Origin: Octopus vulgaris
Lineage: Eukaryota
DNA: 64,000 nt
NCBI GenBank assembly: GCA_951406725.2
Contig: OX597822.1
Span: forward strand, 34,658,001 to 34,722,000
Direction: 5' to 3'
Made by a program: the position numbers and the translations under genes. The number at the start of each line of letters is the position of its first letter. The stretch's first letter is position 1. Below, one piece after another: positions 26,401-40,530 of the stretch. A model generated the notes under the pieces. It saw only the letters and a list, made by a program, of their open reading frames with translations, had not been told where the DNA came from and did no database searches.

Positions 26401-26822
26401 TCTCTTTCAGTTTTGATTCCAGAAATTTTCACACACATACTCACACACACACACATAATTCTTTACAGGGCTCAGCATGCTTTCTTCTGAGTCCCCTCTA
26501 CTAAGGACACCCGAGCTGTTGCTGTTACATTTTACATCGGATGACGAATTAAGTCTCCCACCCAAGTAGACCCCGGTAGAATTTAAACTCAATACGCAAA
26601 GAAATAGAATAAATAACACAAGGCACCAATTTCAATATTTTGACATTTTCCCCTTTTACACCACCCTACTTTTGTACTCTACTTAAAGATGGCGTAAATC
26701 ATGCAAAGCTACACGGCGCCTTAGGCGGTTTCCTTCTACTATATCTCCAGGTCGTCCAACATCTTGTTAGTGAATTTAGTGCAGGGAAACTGTGTGAAAG
26801 CCCGTCTTATATACGTGGGAAT

Positions 26823-27160
26823 TCTTTTATCCTTTTATTTTATTCGTTTCAGCCCTAAGGCTGTGGTCATGTTGGAGCACCGCCACAAATCACCTTATCA
26901 ATGGCCAATCTTATGTGACTGGCTTTTGATGAAGGTCGGAATTCGACACTGCTGCCCTCTATTGAGTTTCCTGCCGTGATATATGTTCATCTTGGACCTT
27001 AGATAGTAGGAGGTCAAGTTGTTTCTTGAAAATATCTACTCCTACTCCATGAAGATCCCACAGATGTTATGGCAAGCGTTAAGTATCTGTGGGCCCTTGA
27101 ATCCCGAACTATTGCTGTACATGGTCGTTACTCTGAACGGGATTACTAGAACCTGTCTGT
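26823..27160 (-). pseudogene. CR1/L2-group LINE 3' end sharing its tail with SINE A
   Basis: Minus translation NSSGFKGPQILN...LHGVGVDIFKKQLDLLLSKVQDE...RAAVSNSDLHQK; 3'UTR ends ggcggtgctccaacatgaccacagccttagggctgaaacgaataaaa. Confidence 0.75.
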
Positions 27161-27258
27161 ATGCTTTTTTTGTTTACATTTTCCCACCATCTTCTTACAA
27201 CTGCTGCTAGTTTGTTTACGTTTACGTAACTTAGCAGTTCGTAAACAAATTATATAAT

Positions 27259-27454
27259 AGGCGCAGCAGTGGCTGCGTGGTAAGTATCATGCTTACCAAC
27301 CACATGGTTCTGGGTTCAGTCCCACTGCGTGGCACCTTGGGAAAGGGTATTCTACTATAGCCTCGGGCCGACCAAAGCCTAATGAGTGGATTTGGTAGAC
27401 GGAAACTGAAAGAAGCCCGTCGTATATATGTATATATATATATATATATACATA

Positions 27455-27507
<53 letters not shown>

Positions 27508-27760
27508 TTGTGTGTTTGTGTCCCCCCGCCAGCATCGCTTGACAACTGATGCTGGTGTGTTTACCTTCCCGTAATCTAGCGGTTCGACAAAAGAGACCGA
27601 TAGAATAAGTACTAGGCTTACAAAGAATAGGGTCGATATACGTGAGAATTCTTTTATCCTTTTATTATATTATACGTTTCAGCTCTAACGCTGAAGTCAT
27701 GCGGTGCTCCAGCATGGCCGCAGTCAAATGACTGAAACAAGTAAAAGAGTAAAAGAATAA
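27259..27760 (+). mobile_element. Full-length SINE A nested in an older SINE A, carrying a templated insert
   Basis: A box TGGCTGCGTGG, B box GGTTCAGTCCC, internal (TA)(TG) tract; older A pieces at ~26765-26815, ~27170-27258 and ~27760-27850. Confidence 0.85.
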
Positions 27761-28367
27761 GAACTGCGGTCGTTTTGTTCTATAACCCCATTCAAGGTGT
27801 TCCTCCAGCGTGGGCGCAATCTAATGACTGAAGCGTGTAAAAAGCTAAGATGCGCGGGCGGTTCCATTAACAAATATTGTCATACGCAAATTGTATGTTT
27901 GTTTTTGAATTTCTCGAACATTTTAGAACGTCGTTGGTGAACGGTATTTAAAGAAAATAACGAAGCAGATGTAGACAAGATGAAGTTGATATTGAAAGAT
28001 TTAATATGATGTTTTAAAGTGAAGAGTTCTTGAATAATGTATAGTTTAGAAAATGAGTTTGTGTATAAGGCGCCATATAAAACCGTGGATTAAGTTATTA
28101 TTTTTCAAATACCATATGTAGGTCACGAGGATGGTACTGAATTGTCACTGTCAACTTCTGAATGTATAATTATACTGGTAATATCCAAGTTTAAACGGAC
28201 ATGCAATTAATTCTGTGCCAGGCTATGCCGTTCCGTTTAATACCATATTAGAATGTGGCTGAGTGGATAATTGAATTTTCAAGAAAATTATCATCGACCG
28301 GACAAATCTTTACTGGATGGCAATTATATTTGGAGTGGGCAGTTGTTATTTAGGTTTAGGTAATTCG

Positions 28368-28368
28368 C

Positions 28369-28428
<60 letters not shown>

Positions 28429-28548
28429 CATTATTATTATTATTGTTATTATTATTATCATTATTATTATTACTATTATTATTATTATTGTTATTATTAT
28501 TATCATTATTATTATTACTATTATTATTATTGTTATTATTATTTTTAC

Positions 28549-28581
<33 letters not shown>

Positions 28582-28776
28582 TAATATTATTATCATTATT
28601 ATTATTGTTATAATTATTATTATTATTATCATTATTGTTATTGTTATTATTATCATTATTATTATTGTTATTAGTATTATTATTACTATTATTATTATTG
28701 TTATTATTATTGTTATTATTACTATTATTATTATTATTGTTATTATTATTGTTACTTATATAATTATTATTATTAC

Positions 28777-28831
<55 letters not shown>
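28368..28831. repeat. (ATT)n microsatellite, ~460 bp
   Basis: Direct reading. Confidence 0.95.
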
Positions 28832-29507
28832 TAATCACCCTCGACACATTAGTGAAGTTTTATTTTGTCTAATAGCTAAAATTTTATGATTTAAAAAAAA
28901 AAAACATCTCAAGCTAGGAAAGAAGTGCTACGTAATGTGATGGGAAAATATTTTCTCGACATGGATTGAATATATTGGCTTAAACCGCTTAACCTTTACC
29001 TTAAGTTTTCTCGTATTTAACTCTATATGCCGGTGATTGTTAACGGCTTCATAAAAATTGCTGTACGCTCTTACAATAATATATATATATATATTTAAAA
29101 CTAATTTGAATAAGGCTTTATGGTTAAATATGACCGAAAACTTGTAATTACAAGATCGCTATCTATCTATCTATCGACTGCCTGTCTGACTGTTTGCCAC
29201 TGAAGTATCCCATTTAATAGATAATATCAAGTAAATTGATTAGTTTGCTATTTACGACTTTATAAATCTGAATCCCAGAAAAGTCTGATTCGCTCTTTTT
29301 ATTTGAACTGATCTACTTGTAGCTCGTCAGTATGCTCTGGAGGTTAATAAACTACAATCACAATAAACCCATCGTTTATAAAATGGAATTCATTATAGAT
29401 TAAATTGAGAATATATGTAATCCTAATGAATTTGAAATTCTTGCGGAGTCACAAGCTTCCATCATTTACATAGAAAACTGATAATATACATACACATAGA
29501 TACACAC

Positions 29508-29924
29508 AGGCGCAGTAGTGGCTGTGTGGTAAGTAGCTTGCTTACCAACCAAATGATTCCGGGTTTAGTCCCACTGCGTGGAACCTTGGGCAAGTGTCTT
29601 CTACTATAGCCTCGGGCCGACCAAAGCCTTGCGAGTGGATTTGGTAGACGATAACTGAAAGAAGCCCGTCGTATATATGTATATATATATATGTATGTGT
29701 GCGTCTATGCTTGTGTGTCTGTGTTTGTCCCCCCCAACATCGCTTGACAACCGATGCTGGTGTATTTACGTCCCCGTAATTTAGCGGTTCGGCGAAAGAG
29801 ACCGATAGAATAAGTACTGGGCTTACAAAGAATAAGTCCTGGGGTCGATTTGCTTGACTAAAGGCAGTGCTCCAGTATGGCCGCAGTCAAATGACTGAAA
29901 CAAGTAAAAGAGTAAAGAGTAAAG
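29508..29924 (+). mobile_element. Full-length SINE family A (reference copy)
   Basis: tRNA-like head, CORE-like ccttgggcaag, internal microsatellite, LINE-like tail ending in (agtaaag)n. Confidence 0.9.
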
Positions 29925-32365
29925 ACAGATACATATATGTATACATATGTACACACAATAACACACACTCTCTCTCTCTGTCTATCTCTGTCTCTCTCTA
30001 TCTATCTCTCACGCACACACATATACATACATATATGTATGGGCGATTTGTAAGCTTTATTGTGTTGACTAATTCAAATCTTTGCTTAATACTAGTTACT
30101 GAGGTCTGGAATGTAAAATAATCTTTTTCCTTACATTTGCTGGTCTATTTTTAAATATGATTTATACAAAAGAAGAAATCTCCCTTTTTATTTGCTTCGT
30201 CGTGAGAGAAGGTTGAGCTCATAACTTTTGCAATGCTTTCTAAGTACATGGAGATCAACGGTGTCAGTGTTCTAGAAACAGCTGCAATTTGTCAGCAGCA
30301 GAAATCACATTTGCAGAGAATGAATTCAATATCTATGGTTTACAGAGAAAGGAGAGACCGGACTTTGTTGTTCATCCGATGCCTGAGAAGTATTGGGTAT
30401 AATGCAGTTGACGAATGGGGAACAAGAAGCGAGTAAGGAGCTAATATGGCATAAACCCTGCTAGCTCTAAGACGAAGAGGATACTGCAGTAGCGATAGCC
30501 AAAAGATTGGAAAACGTCGGCTAGAAACTTAGTGACACTCAGTTTGTGGAGCTATTTTTTTTATTGTCCATGATATTTTCAAGCTTTACCATATTGTTGA
30601 GGTTGATGCTATCGATATCCTGTCCAAATGTCTAAAAAAAAAAGACATATGTAACGGTGCAGAAAAGAAAGCGGGAGGAAATAGGCAAAAGCGGGTGTCT
30701 AGTTTCAATGCGTGAAACTAAGAGAACTATGCTGAATACTCTCCAGAACAAGGTGCTACTATTAAACTGACAGCCTATATCCCTGATATAGTATGATGTG
30801 AAGAGAAAACGGTGAAATATTTCATAGTGATTGGCAGTTAACCTCAAAAAAGTTTTTTTTTTCTTAGAGATATACTGGTATTGTAATTGGAGAACTTTTG
30901 TATATCACATGCGTGCACGTAAACATCATTCTGCATAAAATATACTATATATCGACCTCGAAGTTTCTTTTGGTTTCAGAGAAATAGCAATTAAATCTGT
31001 CTTGAGTGCCACTATACTGCCTTACTGGACAGTTACATTCCTTAATGAAGTATTATCCATAATAAAGTAACGTGGCTTTGACCATAAGTATTCTAGACTA
31101 AGGTTTCAAAATAATGACCAAAAACAGACACTATAAGATAATAATAACATATACACACGCACACTATACTACAATATTGACAGCCAAGCTGAAAGTGTAT
31201 ATGTATTTTAAACTAGACTTCTGCACCAAATATATGATTACCAGAATAACAGATGAATAAAATTCATCTAATAAATTGAGTGGATGCTCTGATTTTCAAG
31301 AATAGGAATTCCACGCCACAGGAACCATGAAAATAATTTCACATCGTGGTATTAAACTTTTTCAAACGCCTACGAAAATTCAGACGATAGACACGAAATG
31401 GTTCGAACGCAGTCCAAAATATATAAATAAACAAATTAATTAATTAAGCAAGCAAGAATATTTGGTTGTAATAGATTGCCTACAAAGAATATAGAAAAAA
31501 AATCAATTTTGTTTCTATGGTGCGTTTGATGGAAACGGTGACATTTGAGCTATGCTGGCATCAGACTATTAGAATTGCTATTAGAATTAGACTAAATTTT
31601 GAATTTACAGGAGAAATGTCAAGGACGTATTGAGTACTCCTCATTCATAGCTTCAAAAAATACGTAAATACACACAGATACACACGCATTGAGCCATACG
31701 AACACATACAGTCATAGGTACTTATACAAATGTGTTATAGTGGAAGAGTCAGGTAGAAATGAACAGAACTTCAAGCTATGGACTGATACATTAAACCGGA
31801 TTTGAATACAAATGTATTAACCCCTGTTTTGTAGCTGACAGCTCTACATTTTTTTTTATTGGTATGGTCATTAATAGGAAAATTACACATTTTAGGGCAA
31901 CTGCATGAGGTGAGAAGGAAAATTGTTCGCTGACTTCCAAGCATGGCCTAGATGAAATCGAATGCTCTTTGCTAAAGACATTCATGGACCAGGTGTTGTT
32001 ACATTGGGTGATGTTGTGAAGGAAAGTTCAAGAAAATTCTTGTAAATGGTTACTTAGTCAAAGAAAGGAAATGAGGAAATCAGACAACCAAATAAATGAG
32101 CATTCTGCAAAAAATATTATTTCGGTTTTTTCAGTCACTGGACTGGGGCCATACTAGAACAATACATTGAATGTTTTAGTTGTTCAAAATGGATCTCTCT
32201 ACATATATGAAGCAAGATACTTAATCTTTAATGGTCTCTTTACTGCGAATCACAAACCAACTCCGCCAGTCAAGCGGTGAGATAGAACAACAAAGACACA
32301 CGTATGCGTGCGCGCACACACGCACACGCGTGATGTTTTTCGACATAGTTTCTGTCTTCGAAGTA

Positions 32366-32465
32366 CGGTAATCCCTCGCTATATCGCGGTTCACTACTGC
32401 AGTGTATTATTTAAGCTTACGCTGTTTCCTCTGTGGTGATGATTTCCAATCATAATAAAATAAAT
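32366..32465 (-). mobile_element. Tigger/pogo-like MITE end, same family as 58890-59125
   Basis: cggtaatccctcgctatatcgcgg terminus; ttcctctgtggtg matches the reverse complement of ~59035-59052. Confidence 0.6.
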
Positions 32466-32679
32466 ACTCTTTTAATCTTTTACTTGTTTCAGTTATTTGA
32501 CTGTGGCCATGCTGGAGCACCGCTTTTAGTCCAGCAAATCGCCCCCAGGACTTATTCTTTGTAAGCCTAGTACTTATTCCATTGGTCTCTTTCGCCGAAC
32601 CGCTAAGTTACGGGGATGTAAGCACACCAGCATCGGTTGTCAAGTGATGTTGGGGGGACAAACACAGACAAACATATAT

Positions 32680-32738
<59 letters not shown>

Positions 32739-32885
32739 CATATATACGACGGGATTCTTTCAGTTTCCGTCTACCAAATCCACTCACTGGGCTTTGGTAG
32801 GCCCGAGGTTGCCCGAGGTGCCATGCAGTGGAACCGAACCCGAAACCATGTGGTTGGTTAACAAGCTACTTACCACGCAGCCACT
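32466..32885 (-). mobile_element. SINE family A, near full length
   Basis: Reverse complement of 29508-29924 with a small deletion at ggcccgagg. Confidence 0.85.
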
Positions 32886-33684
32886 TACAAATTATAAAAT
32901 TATATATATATATACAGAACAGTTCTGTTTCTACTTTGCAGATTTTCACCCATCACGAGGTTGTTTTAGAACATAACACGCGATTGTCGAGAGAATACTG
33001 TACACTTACGAGGCATTGACTTCACCGAATAACCATGCACTGAGATTGTATCTTAAACAACGTGATCCCGAAGCGAAAGTTTTATTCCAACAGTTGTGCC
33101 TGCAGCTCAGAATATTTATAATAGCATAATAAAAACATACGCATCGGTTGTCAGTGACAGAGAAAATTAAATATAAATTGAAGTTTTGCAAAATAGACAA
33201 GAGGTTGCACCAGTGAAAAAAACTTTAAATATTTACGCGAACATTTGGAAATGTTTCCATTGAAAACACATTAAAAATTGTCAAATACCAGACAAAAGGA
33301 AAAGACAAACTAGAAGTAAGACAAAACGAGACAAACGAACTGATGCATAAATAATACCAGTTCTATCGTTGTCTAAAATTTTAAACCTTTGAAAAAGTGT
33401 TAGCAATAAAATGAAACAGAAATATTAAGAGACAAAAGATTAAACTTTGAATATTTGAAATGTTGATTTTTTATTTTAAGAGGGGGGAAATTATAATGCA
33501 CAGTCAAAAGCAAGTATAAGAGATTATGGTATTGCAATTTAATATGCAAACTACTAAAGTACTACAACAACTACCACCACCACCACCACCACCACCACTA
33601 CTACTACTACGACTACTACTATTGCTGCTGCTGTTGTTACTACTATTACTACTGCTGCTGCTGCTACTATTACTACTACCACTT

Positions 33685-33750
<66 letters not shown>

Positions 33751-33753
<3 letters not shown>

Positions 33754-34196
33754 GCCTTGATGCAGTACCAGAGAGTGGCCCTCATGCTTCTAAGCTAAAC
33801 TGATTTGAAGTGTTATCACGTGCATTGTTTTGTCTTGGTATAAAGGATGGGCTACAGCAAATATCCTGCTAATACCGCAGAATTGCTTGTCAGTTGTTTG
33901 ACTTTAACCAGTTGAGCATGTCCCTTAGTGGCTGACGATATGTGCATCTCTGATCACGAGCAGAAGTAGTGGGGGAGCATCATCGTCATGTGCTGAGAGA
34001 GATTCTTTGGGGTTTCAATAATTTACCTCTGCAAACATGGGTGTTTAATTCAACATCCTTAAACAACCATTATTCAGGGACCTTTTGAGCGGGATGGGTT
34101 ACTAGACCAGAAGAGAATTCTAACTGGGCCCCACATGCAAGGTCATATGCTGTTTATCTTGATATGAGATCACCATGTCGTACACATATGGTTGTG
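33751..34196 (+). mobile_element. Non-coding AAT-associated element (family E), 3' part deleted
   Basis: Begins directly after (AAT)n; reverse-complement homology to 55520-55885. Confidence 0.8.
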
Positions 34197-34199
34197 TGT

Positions 34200-34544
34200 C
34201 ACTTTGGGCAACTGTCTTCTACTATAACTGCGGGCCGACCAAAGCCTTGTGAGTGGATTTAGTAGATGGAAACTGAAAGAAGCCCGTCGTATATATATGT
34301 ATGTGTGTGTGTGTTTGTGTGTCTCTTTGTCACCCCAACAACCGATGTTGGTGTCTTTACGTCCCCCTCACTTAGCGGTTCGGCAAAGAGACCGATAGAA
34401 TAAGTACTAGGCTTACAAAGAATAAGTCCTGTGGTCGATTTGCTCGACTAAAGGCGGTGATCCAGCATGGCCGCCGTCAAATGAGTGAAACAAATGAAAG
34501 ATTATATATATATATATATATATACACACGCAAACAAATACACA

Positions 34545-34589
<45 letters not shown>

Positions 34590-34840
34590 GTGTGCATGTC
34601 TACCTATTTGTGTGTATGTATGTATTTATGTATTTGTGTTTGTCCCACCACCACTTTTTGAGAACCGGCGATGGTGTATTTGTATCTCCATAACATAGCG
34701 GTTCGGTCAAAAAGGTCGATGCAATACGTACCAGGCTTTAAAATGAAATACTGATGTCGAATCCTTAGACTAAAACTTCAAGGCAGAGACCCAACATGGC
34801 CGCAGTCTAAAGACGGAAGCAAGTAAAAGATATAAGAATA
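34200..34840 (+). mobile_element. Two SINE A pieces (34200-34500 5'-truncated; ~34620-34840 old 3' half)
   Basis: Homology to 29508-29924. Confidence 0.75.
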
Positions 34841-35052
34841 TGACTCAAGCCCCATCATCTGTCAGAATCTCCTTTAACTGGTTATTTGAGGATATAAAGT
34901 AAGCTTCCCCTCTTTTGTGAAACAAAAATAGATGCGTTTTCTTTTCTTCTAGTTCTGAATAAAATTCACTTTCTTTAAACACAACTTTACCATTGCTCCA
35001 TTTCTATCAACGCTAGAGGCACTGGTTAACAGAACCTAACGCTAATATTTCT

Positions 35053-35456
35053 TGTTTCTTTACTGCCCACAAAGGGCTAAACACAGAGAGTACAAACAAG
35101 GACAGACAAACGGATTAAGTCAATTTTATCGACTCTAGTGCGTAAATGGTACTTAATTTATCGACCCCGAAAAGATGAAAGGCAAAGTTGACCTCGACGG
35201 AATTTGAACTCAGAACGTAACGGCAGACGAAATACCTATTTCTTTACTACCCACAAGGGGCTAAACACAGAGAGGACAAACGGCTTAAGTCGATTACATC
35301 GACCCCAGTGCGTAACTGGTACTTAATTCATCGACCCCGAAAGGATGAAAGGCAAAGTCGACCTCGGCGGAATTTGAACTCAGAACGTATCGGTAGACGA
35401 AATACGGCTACGCATTTCGTCCGGAATGCTAACGTTTCTGCCAGCTCGCCGCCTTC
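35053..35456 (-). mobile_element. Dimeric SINE family B with 14-bp TSD
   Basis: TSD acgctaatatttct (35039-35052) / acgctaatctttct (35457-35470); duplicated unit as at 12265. Confidence 0.9.
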
Positions 35457-36292
35457 ACGCTAATCTTTCTGTTTGTATATGAGCGTCAGTGTTGTTGTGA
35501 TTGTTGTTGTTGTGGCAGTATCGTAGCGGTAGCGTTGTGTGGATGCAGTAATGATGTCAGGGTGGATGCGGTAGTGATGACAGTGGTGGTGGATGCGGTG
35601 TTGGTGTCCAGGCCGTGAAAGTAACATTGGTTGGGGAATGAAACGATGTTGCTGAGGCAGTGAATTGACTGTTCGATGATACATTGGCCATCACATTTGT
35701 AGTCACCCATCAAGTTCTCAGAATTTCTAGAAGAATAAAATTTTCTCAAAAATTTCTAGTTATTTATCATTATTTTTTTTTATCAGAGTAGCGAAATTGC
35801 TTCTTTCGATTTGCTTTGTGAAGCGTTTCTTCGGTTCAAGGCATTATGGATCAAGTTGAAGGAGACGAGAAGAAAAAAATGTTTAAAATATGAAAAAGAT
35901 ATATTTAGGTTGTAAAGAAAGTAAAAGAAAAAAATTAGAAATGGCGCAAACAACTAAAATGATGCCTAGTTTCCAAGATAATAAAATTCTTTGGAAAAGG
36001 TAGTTATCCGAAATCTAATAGAGAGAGCAAAACTAAGACTTGCATTTGCTGAAAAGCATAATAATATTCATCGTGATGATGACGAGGATGATGATGATGA
36101 TGATGACGATGACGATGATGATGATGATGATTATCATCATGACGACTCCAACCACAACGAGTATAATGATGATGATGAAGACTAACGAAGACGCTGATGA
36201 GGATAATAACAATACTAACAAAAAGACCACAACAATTATGATGATGATGATGATGCTTATACCAGTAGTAGCAGTAGTTGTTGTTGTAGCAA

Positions 36293-36375
<83 letters not shown>

Positions 36376-39300
36376 AAGCTTAAATTGTATAGCAACAAAT
36401 GGTGATACAAATAATCCGAATCAAACCCAGAGGCTGAAATTGAAAAGACTTAGCGTGAAGTAAAGGAAGAACTTGATTGATTGCAAAAAGAGTAAAACTG
36501 GATGGGATAAAAAACCTAGATGCATGAAACGGAACGGAAGTTGTCAAAGGAAAATAAAAGCCATGAGAAATGTTAGTGTTGCTCGGGTGAGTATTGAGAA
36601 AAAACGAAGATAAACTGCTGAGACAATCAGCAAAATGCTTGACGAGAAGGAAAGCATTGTCAACCTATACATACACACATATACACACATAGATTCATGC
36701 ATACATGCATAAATACATACATGCATTCATACATACATACGTACATACATACATCTAGATTCGTATACGCATACATTTCCAAAGATTCTCAGCCTACTTA
36801 TACACCAACAATCCAATTAGTTTGCCATTCCTGGAAGTACGACATAGGAATAGAACGAATAACGAAGTCAATATCTTCAGTAGAGGTCGAAGACGCATTA
36901 TGAAGTTTGAGGCATCTTATCAAAATAACATAAACTAGTCATAAAAATAAATTTTTGAAAACATTGTCCGATGAAACTAGCAGTGTTCTACGTCGGCAAG
37001 AATATGTAATGGCGAACATAAATTTACAATCTTTTCTCATTTTTAAATGTTGCGAAGAGACGTAAGATAATGACGTGACGTGAGTGGCCCACGTCGACGA
37101 GAGAAAATATAGTTTTTTCAATTTTTATTTCTTTTCAATTATCAGCCTTAGCCATGTAACTATGAATCTAATCATATGATTTGAAAAGGTCATTTGTGAT
37201 GAGTAGCATGGGAGGTTTTTTTTTAAATGGCCATTATTATATGGCCATTTTATGGTATTATATGGGGTGCGTGGAGTTATACTACCATTGAAAATATACT
37301 CAAAGTCAAAGCTTTAAAATGCTGTCCAAAAACAGAATCGAGATATTATCCGCTTGCTCCCAACTACAAAAATACTTTTAAGAAAATTGCTATTGTAGAA
37401 CGGTAACAACTCTTATTTAACTGGTAAAGATGCCTGAAAAAAATAGTAAGAATTCTTTGCTATAAAGACAATTGAATCCTATGAGACCTCCCAACTGATC
37501 ATCAAACATTCTTGTGTTTTTCTTCTCCTGAGGAACGCTGACCAATGAAAATTGAATAGTACGATACCAGCAATGTCTTCAATTTGTGTATCCATAAATC
37601 GCCCCATTCAACTTTTGTTACCTGAAAGATCACACACGGCATGAAACACTGAGTGGAGACAGAACGAGTGTTCAGCATCACACATATTATAAACAAATAC
37701 ATGTGTACAAGAATACATGCACGAATACACGCACACACATGTATATATATGTATGTATATACATATCCACTTAAAATTTCGGCGCGTGCCTATAGAAATC
37801 TATATATTTATATACGGCCCTATCTCTAACGATGCTTTCTTTCTTCAATTGATATGCTTCGCAAAATGTATAGCTTTAGAAATAGATCTCTACAAAGATA
37901 TTACATTAATAATATCTCGCCATATGAACGGCCATCATTTAGTGTTACAAAAGATTTAATAACGGTTTTCGAAACATTCATAATTGATACACAAAACCCT
38001 TGCTAAATCTTCAAGCTTAAAGGCAAGTAGATATTGCGCACACAGAAAACCCAATGAAAATTATATTGTAACTGAATATATCACCATCGACGTACGTCTA
38101 AAACATATAATAAATAATATGGCTTTAGATGGAAAATCGCTTCACTGAGTGACAGATCATAGAATGATGCCTTGAAACAGGATTCATTCACAGAAAGAAT
38201 ACAGTAACCATCATAATATTATAAAAACAAATGAAACCAGAAACAGAAAATTATTCAGTTTAATCCTGTTCTGGTTGAATATATCAAATGATTCATATGC
38301 TTTATACGCAAGCATTTCCCACGAAGCCATCTTTATTACAAATACCTTAATACAAAATAATATCAATAAACATATCAAAGTCAGTCAGAGTTGTACCAGC
38401 AAATCTGAATGCATCCATAATATATTTCATCAAGAGATATTCCGCATAGAGAAATATTCTACACAGTTCATCACAAATACAATTGCATTAATATAACATG
38501 CTGTTTTCTTGGTGGCAAATACCTCACAAAAGAATTTGTCACTGTGAAAAGATGATCTCCAGGAAGATTGTTAAAAATATTTATATTGGCCTTTACTGGA
38601 AATACATTTAAGAGTTCTCTGATAGATTGAGAAGCGAAATACGACTTCATTATCTTAATATGGATTATATCAGGCTTGACATCGGTTAGATAATAAGTAC
38701 ATATCGAGCAACAGCCAATAACCTATGGTGGATATTGTAGAGGAATATTATTGCTCAAAACAGCCTTCTCTTCCGATCGGTTTCAATAAATACAAAAAAA
38801 AAAAACTTTCGAAGGTTTTTAAGGTTTTTAAGAATTTAAGTTACCAGGACAAGAAATTGCGTAGTGAGCCGTATCGTTTAGTACTAATTCATCACCACCA
38901 CCACCACTACCACAATCACCACCACCACTACGGCCACCACCACCACTATCCACCACCACCACCACCACCATCACCACCATCATCGTCATCATCATTATCA
39001 TCGTCGTCGTCGTCGACCTCGTCAACATGATCAATATCATCATCGTCATTATCATCGTCATCATCGTCATCATCGTCGTCGTCGTCACCATCGTCATTGT
39101 CGTCATGATCATCATCATTATCATCATCATCATCATCACTATTACCATTATTATAGTTTATAATTGCCATTATTAATACTGCATTTCCTTACATTTTAAA
39201 CTTCTTTTATATTCACATAATTCTCATATTTTTCATTTTATTCTCACAATGTTTGCATTAATTTATGCATATCCACATAGCAATATTTGTATGTTCTTCG

Positions 39301-40386
39301 TTTGTTTAGTAATTCACAATTACTAAAATATACAAATATTGACATTTGAATTTCTTCTCATATCCTTGTATCATTGTAATGCCTTGTTTAATTTCGTTGT
39401 CTCAAACAATGTGTACAAGACGTTTCGAATTCTTAACAACTTTCATATAATTTAAGCAAATCCTAAAAATATACATTCCATTATATGACATTTATAAATA
39501 CTCTTGATATAATGACCATCGAAGGGTGAAAGTTATTATATGAGTATATATTCTGCGTTTGTGCCTATGTTTACCTGTGTAAGGGACTTCAAGGGAAGGT
39601 ATACTAGTATATGTACTCCTTCAGTTGGAGGTTTAAGAGAAACTCCACATCCCTGTTTTATATGGAGTTTTAGGAACAACGGGAATGACTTTATCACACA
39701 ACGAATGGAGTATCATTGATAGGGTCCCTCTGCAGACACCTGAAGCTTGTAATTGCCAACACCACCTCCACGAGAGATTTCACGCACTCCACCAACTTGC
39801 AGCAACCATCAATAGGAAGTTTCAACTATCGTACTGTTGCTACAAGAGGTATGCCCTAATAATGAACTATAAACTACTGGCACCCGACAATCCAGATATA
39901 CCACCATAGGTTTAACTAAGTGGGTATATTCAATTTCTGATACACGTATACACTACAATCCTAGCCACGCCGACAGTCCGACCTTGCTCCACCAAATCTG
40001 GTTAATCTCACGGAAAGGTTGTCACCGCTATACCGTTCGTATTCCACTAACTTGCGACAACACCCAGTCCTGCCATCGAGCAGTAAAAGGAAGAAACTGA
40101 TGTCATTAAATAAGCATTACTGCAGCCTCCAGACATAATGGCAACAGTTCCTTACCAACATCCAATCAGACCATATGATCCTGATAACAAAGATAAGAAA
40201 AAATATCGCCCCCAAAGCAATGACACCACGCGACGTGGGCCGACCAGGAGAGGCCATCTTCAAATTGTCTCATTTCCTGTTACTCACGAGTTACCTCGAG
40301 GTTCCAAAACTTTCAGATCAGTGGATCCGAGTCAAACCGATATTAAATATGTTCACAGCCACTCTCTTTCCTTTATCCACTCCCTC

Positions 40387-40462
<76 letters not shown>

Positions 40463-40483
40463 AGAGAGAGAGAGAGAGACATG

Positions 40484-40530
<47 letters not shown>

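Noticed and set aside
37500-37625. Minus-strand exon after a ctttcag acceptor
   Set aside because: All frames close, no convincing donor and no recognisable protein
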